The notes beneath the pieces were generated by a model. The model made no database searches. It saw nothing but the letters and a program-made list of their open reading frames with translations, and was not told the origin of the DNA. Shown piece after piece: positions 47,600 through 55,946 of a stretch of 64,000 nucleotides of DNA. The stretch is from an uncultured Chloroflexia bacterium (GTDB lineage Bacteria; Chloroflexota; Limnocylindria; Limnocylindrales; CSP1-4), in contig CAVYBU010000004.1 of the NCBI GenBank assembly GCA_963766735.1, positions 240,175 through 304,174 on the forward strand. The letters run 5' to 3'. A program made the translations under genes and the position numbers. Position 1 is the first letter of the stretch; the number at the start of each line of letters is the position of its first letter.

Positions 47600-48931
47600 T
47601 CAGGAAAGCGCGGCCCGGTTCGCGCGAAGCCAGCCTCCAACCGCCTCGACCAGGGCGTCGATCTCGTCCTTGCCCATCGCGGTCGAGACCGCGGCCGAGC
47701 CCGTGTTGATCATGATGAACCCCTCCCCCAGCAGGTGCTCGAGGAGGCCCCGCAGAAGGCGTGACTCGTCGGGGCCGACGAAGGCCTCCCGGTAGTTGCG
47801 CGGCGGCCGCGGCTTCAGGTGCACGCGGAACATCGAGCCCCCGCCCGTCACGCATGCCCCGGCGCCCGTGGCGCGGATGACCTCATCCAGCCCGGTCCGG
47901 GCGCGATCCGCGAGCTGGTTCACGCGGGCGACGGCCGGCCGATCGAAGAGCTCCATCGCCGCCAGGCCCGCGGTCATGGTGATCGGGTTGGCCGAGAAGG
48001 TGCCTGACAGCGGGAACCGGACGTGGGAGACCAGCGGGTCCATGACATCCATGACCTCGCGGCGGCCTGCCAGCGCCCCCACCGGGAAGCCGCCCCCGAT
48101 GACCTTGCCCATCGCTGTCAGGTCTGGCCGCACGTCGTACCACTCCTGGGCCCCACCGTACCCGGAGCGGAAGGTGATGACCTCGTCGAAGACCAGGAGG
48201 GCACCATGCCGCCGGGTCCAGTCCCGGAGGGCGCCGACGAACTCGGCCGTGGCCGGCATGAGCCCAACCCGGTGGGGAAGCGGATCGATCAGGACGCAGG
48301 CCAGCTCGTCGCGGTGGCGGTCGAGGATCGCCACTGCCGTCTCGGGATCGTTGAACGGGATGACGACCACGTCCTCCAGGGCCTTGGCCGGCGTGCCGTC
48401 CGACACCGGTACGCTCAGCGGCCTGTCCTGCTCGCCCCAGGTGGCCGGTCCGGATGTCTGGCTGACCTCCGCGTAGTCGTACAGGCCGTGATAGGCCCCC
48501 TCGACCTTGGCGATCCTGGCTCGTCCGGTGAAGGCGCGGGCCGCCTTCAGGCAGCTCATCACCGCCTCGGTCCCGGAATTGACGAACCGGACCTTCTCGA
48601 AGCCGGGGTTCCGACCGCACAGGTGCTCCGCGTAGCGCACCTCGACCTCGGTGCCCAGCGTGAACGCCGTGCCCTTCTGGAGCTGCTCGGTCACCGCCGC
48701 CACCACGACCGGGTTCGCGTGTCCGTGGATCAGCGACGCCATGTTGTTGGCGAAGTCGATGCGCGTCACGCCCTCGATGTCCGTGACGCGAGCGCCCTGC
48801 CCGTAGGCCGCATACAGCGGATGGGGGCTGCGCAGCACGGTGTTGCGGCTCACGCCCCCGGGCAGGACCCGCCGTGCTCTCTCGTAGAGGGCTTCACTGC
48901 TGGACGAGGGCCGTCCGGTGTCTGAGGTCAT
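47600..48931 (-). CDS. Class III PLP aminotransferase (HemL-like / beta-amino-acid transaminase-like)
   Basis: LPGGVSR, FVNSGTEA, GAYHG, FDEVITFR, MGKVIGGGFPVGA and SGTFSANP; lacks the VNSPVRAF motif of true HemL. Confidence 0.8.
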   Translation of the reverse strand: MTSDTGRPSSSSEALYERARRVLPGGVSRNTVLRSPHPLYAAYGQGARVTDIEGVTRIDFANNMASLIHGHANPVVVAAVTEQLQKGTAFTLGTEVEVRYAEHLCGRNPGFEKVRFVNSGTEAVMSCLKAARAFTGRARIAKVEGAYHGLYDYAEVSQTSGPATWGEQDRPLSVPVSDGTPAKALEDVVVIPFNDPETAVAILDRHRDELACVLIDPLPHRVGLMPATAEFVGALRDWTRRHGALLVFDEVITFRSGYGGAQEWYDVRPDLTAMGKVIGGGFPVGALAGRREVMDVMDPLVSHVRFPLSGTFSANPITMTAGLAAMELFDRPAVARVNQLADRARTGLDEVIRATGAGACVTGGGSMFRVHLKPRPPRNYREAFVGPDESRLLRGLLEHLLGEGFIMINTGSAAVSTAMGKDEIDALVEAVGGWLRANRAALS

Positions 48932-48964
48932 CGAGCCGGAGCCGCCTTTCCGCTGTCGTCCTGC

Positions 48965-50413
48965 TCAGGCCGGCGAGCCGATCTCGACGGGGAGTGAGGT
49001 CCGCGCGTACTCGACTCGGGAGTACTCGAACAGGCCCGCCTCGTCGTAGATCACCCTGTCGGCATAGTCGTCGAACCAGAGCGCCTCGGGGTTGCGCCCC
49101 ACGATGCAGACCTTGCCGCGGTCGCCTGCGTTGAGGGCATTGCGGAGGATCTTGAAGATGACCACCCCGTGCTCCGCGCCCGGGACGCCCGGCATCGGCT
49201 CGGTGGTGACCGCCGCCACCTCGGTCTTGCCCTTGTAGTGGGTGATCGAGAGGCGCGCGTGGGTCTCGACGCCCGACAGGCCCTTCTGCGACTCGTTCAG
49301 GATGTTCCAGGCGGTCTCGATCGGCACGTTGAAGGACCGGTACGCAATGATGTCCCGTCCGCAGAAGAAGTAGTGGTTCTCGGCGCCAACCCGCTTGATG
49401 GCGCGCTGCATGATCCGGAGCGCTTCCGGATCGTCGTTGATCCCCTTGATGATCGGTGCCTGGTTCTCGACCCGGATCCAGCCCCGCGACACCACACCGT
49501 CCATGGCCCGGCGTGTCCGCTCGTTCCACTTCAGGGATCCATTGGCATTGGGGATGTAGTCCCCCGCCGCATCCTTCTGGAGGAACTCGTCGGGGTGGTT
49601 GAAGTGCACCATGAGCCTCATGCCGACCTCGGGATAGGTCGCATGGAAGCTGTCCAGCATGGCCAGGAAGGCCTCGTCGAAGCGGTCCGGGTGGAAGGCC
49701 ATCTCCTTCGTCCCGATCCTGATCGACTCGATGCCCGCCTCGGCGAGCGCGGCCAGCCAGGGGGCGATCCTGTTGTTCGGCAGCACCATCGGATCGCCGC
49801 CGGAGAGGAGGATCTCCCTCAGCTTCTCTCGCCCGGACGTGGGATGGCGGCCCCCGTTCTGCTCCACGAGCCGGTTGTGGGCCGTGATGTAGCCGGTGAC
49901 CTCGGGGATCCGGGCGAGCCCTTTGGCGCCCACGGCCCCATCGGCACGCTCGACCTCCTTGCGGGCGATCAGCTCCTCGCGGTAGCAGAAGCGGCAATGG
50001 GCCGAGCACGTGGACACCACGTACATGAGGCCCATCTCGTACTTGTGGAGGAGACCCTCCACCGGGCTGAAGTCCATCTGGTGGCCCGGGTCCTCCGAAC
50101 CCGCCAGGTCGAACGTCTCAGCGGGACTCGCCTTGACCAGCCGCTGGAGGGCCGGGCTGTGGCGGGCCATCTCGAAGTAGTGCCGGGTGACCTTCACGGG
50201 CATGCGGGCTTCGACATCCCGGTCGGTGCCCTTCAGCCGCCGGAGGGCGTCCAGCTCGTCCTCGCTGTAGAAGCCCTTCATGTCCTCGGGCTCCCGGCCA
50301 TCCAGGAACGTGGCGAGGCCGCTGACGATCTGCCGGTCGTACTTGGGGCTCTCGACCGTGTCCAGGAACGCCTGCTCCCTGGCCGTCGTCACGTATGCCA
50401 TCGCCTCGCTCAT
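48965..50413 (-). CDS. KamA-family radical SAM/PLP 2,3-aminomutase-like protein
   Basis: SPVEGLLHKYE, CSAHCRFCYR (CxxxCxxC), LLSGGDP, IRIGTK, HFNHPDE, NQAPIIKGINDD and GKTEV (PLP Lys). Confidence 0.85.
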   Translation of the reverse strand: MSEAMAYVTTAREQAFLDTVESPKYDRQIVSGLATFLDGREPEDMKGFYSEDELDALRRLKGTDRDVEARMPVKVTRHYFEMARHSPALQRLVKASPAETFDLAGSEDPGHQMDFSPVEGLLHKYEMGLMYVVSTCSAHCRFCYREELIARKEVERADGAVGAKGLARIPEVTGYITAHNRLVEQNGGRHPTSGREKLREILLSGGDPMVLPNNRIAPWLAALAEAGIESIRIGTKEMAFHPDRFDEAFLAMLDSFHATYPEVGMRLMVHFNHPDEFLQKDAAGDYIPNANGSLKWNERTRRAMDGVVSRGWIRVENQAPIIKGINDDPEALRIMQRAIKRVGAENHYFFCGRDIIAYRSFNVPIETAWNILNESQKGLSGVETHARLSITHYKGKTEVAAVTTEPMPGVPGAEHGVVIFKILRNALNAGDRGKVCIVGRNPEALWFDDYADRVIYDEAGLFEYSRVEYARTSLPVEIGSPA

Positions 50414-50450
50414 GCTGGTCACCTCAACTCCGGATACCGCTCCGGCTCCG

Positions 50451-50466
50451 ATGATTGTACACTGAT
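50451..50466. promoter_or_regulatory. AT-rich imperfect palindrome overlapping divergent -10-like hexamers (candidate RpiR operator)
   Basis: ATGATTGTACACTGAT is 12/16 self-complementary and contains TACAAT (minus) and TACACT (plus). Confidence 0.45.
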
Positions 50467-50505
50467 GAACAGATGGCACATGACACTGTAACGGGTCGTC
50501 CATCG

Positions 50506-51354
50506 ATGACGGACTCGTCCCTCGCCCAGATCGTCGCCGTCGCCGCGGAGCGGCTCACGCCGACCGATCGACGCATCGCCTCGGCGGTGCTGGATGACCC
50601 GACGCTCCTCGCCTTCGGGACTGTCACGGACCTGGCGCACGCCATCGGGACGAGCCGCCCCTCGATCGTCCGGTTCGCCACCCGGCTCGGCTTCGCCGGC
50701 TACACGGACCTCCAGGGCCAGGTGCGCCTCGGGCTCTCGGTGCAGCTGGCCCGGCCAACCGAGCGCATCCGCCACGAGCACGGGAGATCTGCGCCGGCGC
50801 GGTCGGCGATGGAGCGGTCGATCGCGTCCGTCTTCGAAGCCGCGGGGGCCGGTCGCCTCCAGCAGCTCGCTCGAGCGATCTCGGACGCCAGGACCGTCTG
50901 GATCGCATCCGGTGAGACGTCCCGGGCGGGGGCACACGCGCTGCTGAGCGGGCTCAGCATGGTCCGGCCCGGGGTCCGGTTGCTGGAGGACCAGACCATC
51001 GGGCGCGACCTGACCGATGTCGGGCCTGGCGACGCCGCGGTCGTGTTCGACTTCTTCCGCTACCGGCGGTCGGTGATCACTGCGGCCAGGATCATGGCCG
51101 GATCCGGTGCAGAGGTCATCGCGATCACCGACGGTCCGCTCTCCCCGCTTGCCAGGCTCACCGGGTCATGGGTCGAGCTCTACGTGCCGGCCATCGGACC
51201 GTTCGACAGTTCCGTCCCCGCCGTGGCCTTCGCCGAGCTGCTCGTCGCCGAGGTGGCCAGCCAGCTGCGCGACAGCGTCACGGAGCGCGTCGATCGGACC
51301 GAGGAGCTATGGGCGGCCACCCAGACGTTCTTCGTCGAGGAGCCGTCGCCCTAG
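50506..51354 (+). CDS. MurR/RpiR family transcriptional regulator (HTH + SIS)
   Basis: LTPTDRRIA, TSRPSIVRFATRLGFAGY and IAITDGPLSPLA; start could instead be ATG 50473. Confidence 0.9.
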   Translation: MTDSSLAQIVAVAAERLTPTDRRIASAVLDDPTLLAFGTVTDLAHAIGTSRPSIVRFATRLGFAGYTDLQGQVRLGLSVQLARPTERIRHEHGRSAPARSAMERSIASVFEAAGAGRLQQLARAISDARTVWIASGETSRAGAHALLSGLSMVRPGVRLLEDQTIGRDLTDVGPGDAAVVFDFFRYRRSVITAARIMAGSGAEVIAITDGPLSPLARLTGSWVELYVPAIGPFDSSVPAVAFAELLVAEVASQLRDSVTERVDRTEELWAATQTFFVEEPSP

Positions 51355-51394
51355 CGTGCGCCTTGCCCGGGGGTGGGGCGCCCGGCGCGACGCC

Positions 51395-52594
51395 TCACGC
51401 GAACCGGGCCTCGGCGGCCACCTCGAGGAACCGGTCGATGAGCAGGTGCTCCCAGACCAGCTCCTTGATCAGCTCGATCTTGCCCGTGTCGGCGGCGTGC
51501 GTCTTCACCAGGAGGCCCTGCACCTGGGCCGCGACGGTGTAGGTGTCCTCGTCGACGGTCGCGGCGAACATGCCGGCGTCACGAAGCACCGCCAGCACCT
51601 CGGAGCCTGGCGCGTAGCCACCCGTCAGCACGATACCCAGCACCTTGCCGTTCCGTGAATCGATGCCTCCGGGGGCTTCGCCCGCTCGCGCCGTGGGTTG
51701 GTCATTCTCGTCGACGCACGACCGGCTCGCGACGTACGCGGCGGCGAGCGCGAGGATCGCCTCCTTGCGATCGCTCGGGACGATGACCAGCGTGCAGGGA
51801 CCCATCCGGTCCAGCATGTGGACTGTCTCCATCGCGCCGACCGCAACCCCACCGATCACCCGGTCGAGATCCGGGCCGGTGTTGATGACGCGCCCGCCGA
51901 CGCCCTCCAGCACCATCCCGAGCGTCGGGCTGGAGAGGATCGGCCGGTATGGCAGGACGCCGAGGAGCGGGATGCCGTGGAGGGCCAGACCTCGCTCGAG
52001 GGTGCGCGCGATGCCCGGCTGCTCGTCGATGCGCACCTTGTTCACGAGCGCCCCTGCGACATGGACGCCGTGCGCGGCAAAGTGCGAGGCGTTGAGCACG
52101 ATCTCGTCGATCGGCCGGCCGACGCCGCCCTCGGACACGATCACCGCCGGCGTCCCGAGCATCGAGGCAACCGTCGCATTTGACAGACCCACGACCGCGC
52201 CCACGCCCGCGTGCCCGGTTCCCTCGACCAGGAGGATGTCGTGGTCGGCGAACCGGCGGTGGGCATCGAGGATCAGCGCGCCCAGGTCCTCCACGACGTC
52301 GCCCGCGATGTAGGCCTTGGTGAAGCCGCGCGGGAGGTGGACGGGACTCATCGTGCTGCCCGACTCGGGCAGGCCGAAGACCGTCCGCATCAGCAGGGCA
52401 TCCTCATCGACCAGGTCCGTGAATGTCAGCCCGTCATCGTCTGCGGGATCCGCGCCCACCGGGATCGGGCGCTGTCCGACGGGCTTCATGAACCCGGTCC
52501 GCAAGCCACGCCGGCGGAAGCCGTCGATCAACCCCAGCGAGGCCGTGGTCTTGCCACGGTTCTGGCCGGTGGCGGCGAGGTAGAGATGCCGCAT
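51395..52594 (-). CDS. Stand-alone phosphotransacetylase N-terminal-like protein (BioD-like P-loop + DRTGG)
   Basis: ATGQNRGKTT, GFMKPVGQ, LVEGTGH, VGAM, PSDR and GIVLTGG motifs. Confidence 0.8.
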   Translation of the reverse strand: MRHLYLAATGQNRGKTTASLGLIDGFRRRGLRTGFMKPVGQRPIPVGADPADDDGLTFTDLVDEDALLMRTVFGLPESGSTMSPVHLPRGFTKAYIAGDVVEDLGALILDAHRRFADHDILLVEGTGHAGVGAVVGLSNATVASMLGTPAVIVSEGGVGRPIDEIVLNASHFAAHGVHVAGALVNKVRIDEQPGIARTLERGLALHGIPLLGVLPYRPILSSPTLGMVLEGVGGRVINTGPDLDRVIGGVAVGAMETVHMLDRMGPCTLVIVPSDRKEAILALAAAYVASRSCVDENDQPTARAGEAPGGIDSRNGKVLGIVLTGGYAPGSEVLAVLRDAGMFAATVDEDTYTVAAQVQGLLVKTHAADTGKIELIKELVWEHLLIDRFLEVAAEARFA

Positions 52595-52618
52595 GGGGGG
52601 CGGACGGTGGCGGGCGTG

Positions 52619-53224
52619 TCAGCCGCGCGAGGCGGTCTTGCGCTCGATGAGCTGGACGGCCTCGCGCAGGCGGACCAGGGACTCCTCGTCCACGCTGTCC
52701 GGCTCGAGGTAGGGCCCCAGGCGTTCCATGATGTCCGTCACCAGGCCCAGGAACACCGCGGCGTCCGCGAGGAAGAACTGCGGCTCGTTGTTGTAGCGGA
52801 CCATGGTCAGGCGGCCCTGCAGCACCCGCCGCTCCTCGACGTGTGCGACCTGGGTGGAGAAGTTGTGACCCTGGATGCCGTCCGGGTTGTTCAGGAAGTT
52901 GAGCGCATTGTCGATGGCAAGGCCGAAGCGGGCCCGCCACGCCACGAGTCGTTCGTGGACCTCGGGCGGGATCCGGACCTCGCCCACCTCCTCGAACACC
53001 TCGGGCGCCACGGTGACCAGGCCCACGAGCGTCGTGCCGGCCCGGGCACCCAGCATCACCTGCAGGCTGCGCTCCAGGGTGAAGACCTCGGAGTCGAAGC
53101 GCGGGCTCGTGATGACATCCGTCAGCAGATCCTCGACGTTGTCGAGACTGCCGGGGTCGTTGAGGGCATCGGCAAGGTGGAGGATCTCCTCCTTGAAGAG
53201 GAACTTCTCCTCATGGTCAAGCAT
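52619..53224 (-). CDS. Hypothetical protein, 201 aa
   Basis: Coding-like ORF; TACCAT -10 lies 6 nt before the ATG; family not recognised. Confidence 0.75.
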   Translation of the reverse strand: MLDHEEKFLFKEEILHLADALNDPGSLDNVEDLLTDVITSPRFDSEVFTLERSLQVMLGARAGTTLVGLVTVAPEVFEEVGEVRIPPEVHERLVAWRARFGLAIDNALNFLNNPDGIQGHNFSTQVAHVEERRVLQGRLTMVRYNNEPQFFLADAAVFLGLVTDIMERLGPYLEPDSVDEESLVRLREAVQLIERKTASRG

Positions 53225-53348
53225 GGCGCGATGGTAACAGGGGGCGCCGGAGGCCCGCGTCCGGCATGGTTGCCGGGAATCGATCGGCCCGGGCGAACCC
53301 GGGCCGATCAGGTGGACAGGTCAGGCAACCGCGACGGTTGCGCCCGAT

Positions 53349-54614
53349 CTACGGATAGAGGCCGCGAAGGGCGGTGGCGTCCGCGACACGCTTCACCGCG
53401 ACGAGGTACGCCGCGGTCCGCATGTCCACTTCCCTGAGCTTCGCCATCGCGAGGACCTCCCCGAAGGAGCGGTCCATGATCTCCTTGAGCTTGGCGTTGA
53501 CGACGGCCTCGCTCCAGTGATCGCGGTTCAGGTCCTGGACCCACTCGAAGTAGCTGACGGTCACTCCGCCCGCGTTCGCGAGGATGTCCGGGATCATGAA
53601 CACGCCCTTCTTCGCCAGGATGCGGTCGGCGTCCGGCGTCGTGGGACCGTTTGCGGCCTCGGCGACGATCTTGGCCTTCACCCTGCCGGCATTCTGGGCG
53701 GTGATCTGGTTCTCGTAGGCGGCCGGGATCAGGACGTCGCACTCCAGCTCGAGGAGCTCGCCGTTGGTGATCGTGGTGGTGCCCGGGAAGCCGACGACTG
53801 TGCCGTGCTCCTTCTTCCAGGCCAGCACCCGGTCCACGTCAAGGCCGGCAGCGTTCATGATCGCGCCGCCGGTGTCGGAGACGGCGATGATCGTCGACCC
53901 CTCGTCGGCCATCAGCCGCGCGGCGATGGAGCCGGCGTTGCCGAAGCCCTGGACGGCCGTCATGCTCGTCCTGAGATCGAGGCCCAGGTGGGCGGCGGCG
54001 TCCACGATGGTGTAGACGCAGCCGCGCGCGGTCGCCTCGTTGCGTCCCTCCGACCCACCAAGGCTGATCGGCTTGCCGGTGACCACGCCCGGGACCGTGT
54101 ACCCGGCGTGCATGGAGTACGTGTCCATGAACCAGGCCATGATCTGCGGCGTCGTGTTGACATCCGGGGCCGGGATGTCGCGCTCGGGGCCGATCAGGAC
54201 CGAGATCTCGGTGAAGAACCGGCGACTGAGACCCTCGAGCTCCTTCAGCGAGAGCTTCTTGGGGTCGACGCTGACGCCGCCCTTGCCGCCGCCGTAGGGA
54301 ATGCCCACGACCGCGCATTTCCAGGTCATCCACATCGAGAGGGCCTTGACCTCATCGAGCGTGACGTCCTGGTGGTACCGGATGCCGCCCTTGGCAGGGC
54401 CTCGGGTGAGGTTGTGCTGGACGCGGTAGCCCGTGAAGACCTCGACACGGCCGTCGTCCATGTGCACCGGGAAGTGGACCGTGAGCTCGCGGCGTGGCTC
54501 GCGCAGCACGTTCCGCAGGCCCGGATCGAGATCGAGCATCTCGGCGGCCAGGTCGAACTGCTGCTGTGCGACCTGCCAGGCGTTGATCGGAGCCGTTGTG
54601 TTCTCCGTCGTCAT
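53349..54614 (-). CDS. gdhA: Glutamate dehydrogenase
   Basis: GPAKGGIRYH, MTWKCA, GGGKGG, DIPAPDVNT, QGFGNAG and NAGGVTVSYFEW motifs. Confidence 0.96.
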   Translation of the reverse strand: MTTENTTAPINAWQVAQQQFDLAAEMLDLDPGLRNVLREPRRELTVHFPVHMDDGRVEVFTGYRVQHNLTRGPAKGGIRYHQDVTLDEVKALSMWMTWKCAVVGIPYGGGKGGVSVDPKKLSLKELEGLSRRFFTEISVLIGPERDIPAPDVNTTPQIMAWFMDTYSMHAGYTVPGVVTGKPISLGGSEGRNEATARGCVYTIVDAAAHLGLDLRTSMTAVQGFGNAGSIAARLMADEGSTIIAVSDTGGAIMNAAGLDVDRVLAWKKEHGTVVGFPGTTTITNGELLELECDVLIPAAYENQITAQNAGRVKAKIVAEAANGPTTPDADRILAKKGVFMIPDILANAGGVTVSYFEWVQDLNRDHWSEAVVNAKLKEIMDRSFGEVLAMAKLREVDMRTAAYLVAVKRVADATALRGLYP

Positions 54615-54881
54615 GAACGGATAGTCCTCGTGGCGGGGCGGCGGAGGCCGCCCCTGGTCGATGGGCCGTCTTCCGGACGACCCCACGGGGGCGCGCGACC
54701 GGCCCGGCCGTGGCATGGCCGAGGCATCGCATGCCGCCTCTGGAACCCGAGTATAGCCTCGGACAGGCGTCCACCATGGGCCGCTCGTCACCTGCCCGCA
54801 ACCATTCCGTCACCCGGTCGTCCCTGTCCTGTGGCAGGGGTGGATGGGCTGAGCACGCGCGCTGAGTCGCGCCCCAGGACC

Positions 54882-54940
54882 TGGCCTTCGCCCGGGTGGA
54901 CGGCGCCCGGGTGGCCTTCGCCCGGGTGGACGGCGCCCGG
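54882..54940. repeat. Tandem 30-bp duplication built of alternating 15-mers
   Basis: (TGGCCTTCGCCCGGG TGGACGGCGCCCGGG) x2, second copy lacking the final G. Confidence 0.85.
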
Positions 54941-54949
54941 TGCCCGACC

Positions 54950-55795
54950 TCAGCGCCGGTAGAGGATCACCGCACCCACGCAGCCGGGTCCGAGGTGCGG
55001 GCCCACCGATGCGCCGATGGTCAGCAGCTGGACCAGCGCCGGGTCCAGGCCGGACCGCACCACGAACTTGTCATAGAACTCGTCCACGTCGGCCTGGGTC
55101 GTGTGGAGCACGGTCGCCCGCTCCAGCGGCTTCGCAGTCAGCAGCTCCAGGACCCTCTCTCGGGCCTTGGTCCGGGAGCGGACCTGCTCAGCGTTCTCCA
55201 CCACGCCGTCGATCACCGTGATGATCGGCTTGATCGAGAGGATGGAGCCCATCGCGGCGCGCGCGCCGCTGATCCGGCCGCCACGCTTGAGATACTCGAG
55301 CGTGTCGAGGGCGACGAACAGGTCGATGTCGCGCTGGCGGTCCACAAGTACGGCCGCGATCTCCGCCCCGGACTTGCCCTCGGCCGCCATCCGGGCGCCC
55401 ATCTGGGCGAGCATCCCCTCTCCGGCCGAGGCCGAACGCGAGTCGATCACGTGGATCTCGCGGTCGGGGCGCATGTCGCGGGCGATCAGCGCGGCCTTGA
55501 GCGTGGCGGACAGCTGGTCCGACACGGTGATGCACACCACGGACTCGGCGCCACCACCGAACGCGGCGTCGAACACCGTCAGGAAGTCGCCCGCGGAGCA
55601 GGCCGCCGTGGTCGGGAACGGCGCGTCCGGTGCCGTCATCCGGGCCCAGAACTCGTCGGTGGTCATGGTGACGTTCGGGCGGAAGCTCTCGGACCCGAAG
55701 GTGACGACGAGCGGCACCACGGTGATGCCGTCCCGGGCAGCGACCTCGGGCGGGAGGTCGCTGACGGAATCGGTGACGATCGCGACACGGGACAC
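54950..55795 (-). CDS. DegV family fatty-acid-binding protein
   Basis: VAIVTDS, VIDSRSAS, LEYLKRGGRI, IKPII and VGPHLGPG motifs. Confidence 0.93.
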   Translation of the reverse strand: MSRVAIVTDSVSDLPPEVAARDGITVVPLVVTFGSESFRPNVTMTTDEFWARMTAPDAPFPTTAACSAGDFLTVFDAAFGGGAESVVCITVSDQLSATLKAALIARDMRPDREIHVIDSRSASAGEGMLAQMGARMAAEGKSGAEIAAVLVDRQRDIDLFVALDTLEYLKRGGRISGARAAMGSILSIKPIITVIDGVVENAEQVRSRTKARERVLELLTAKPLERATVLHTTQADVDEFYDKFVVRSGLDPALVQLLTIGASVGPHLGPGCVGAVILYRR

Positions 55796-55946
55796 GTCGA
55801 GGCTCCTCCATCGGGCCCGTCCACCGGTGCCCGGCGGGCGGCGATCGGCGCCGGCGGCGGCGCCCACGGTCGATCCCCCCTCCTGCCGATCATACGGGCC
55901 CACGAACCCACGCGTTCGCCTGTTCGGACCGGCTACGCTTCCGCCC

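Noticed and set aside
47600-48931. Annotation as hemL (GSA aminomutase)
   Set aside because: It lacks the VNSPVRAF signature, has no hem gene context and is operonic with a KamA-like gene
48965-50413. Annotation as epmB or lysine-fermentation kamA
   Set aside because: No efp/epmA or kamDE/kdd/kce neighbours, and the lysine-binding Asp residues appear substituted
54615-54755. ~130-nt gdhA leader after a TATACT -10 as a glutamine riboswitch
   Set aside because: Only scattered short matches in the wrong order; no convincing aptamer fold
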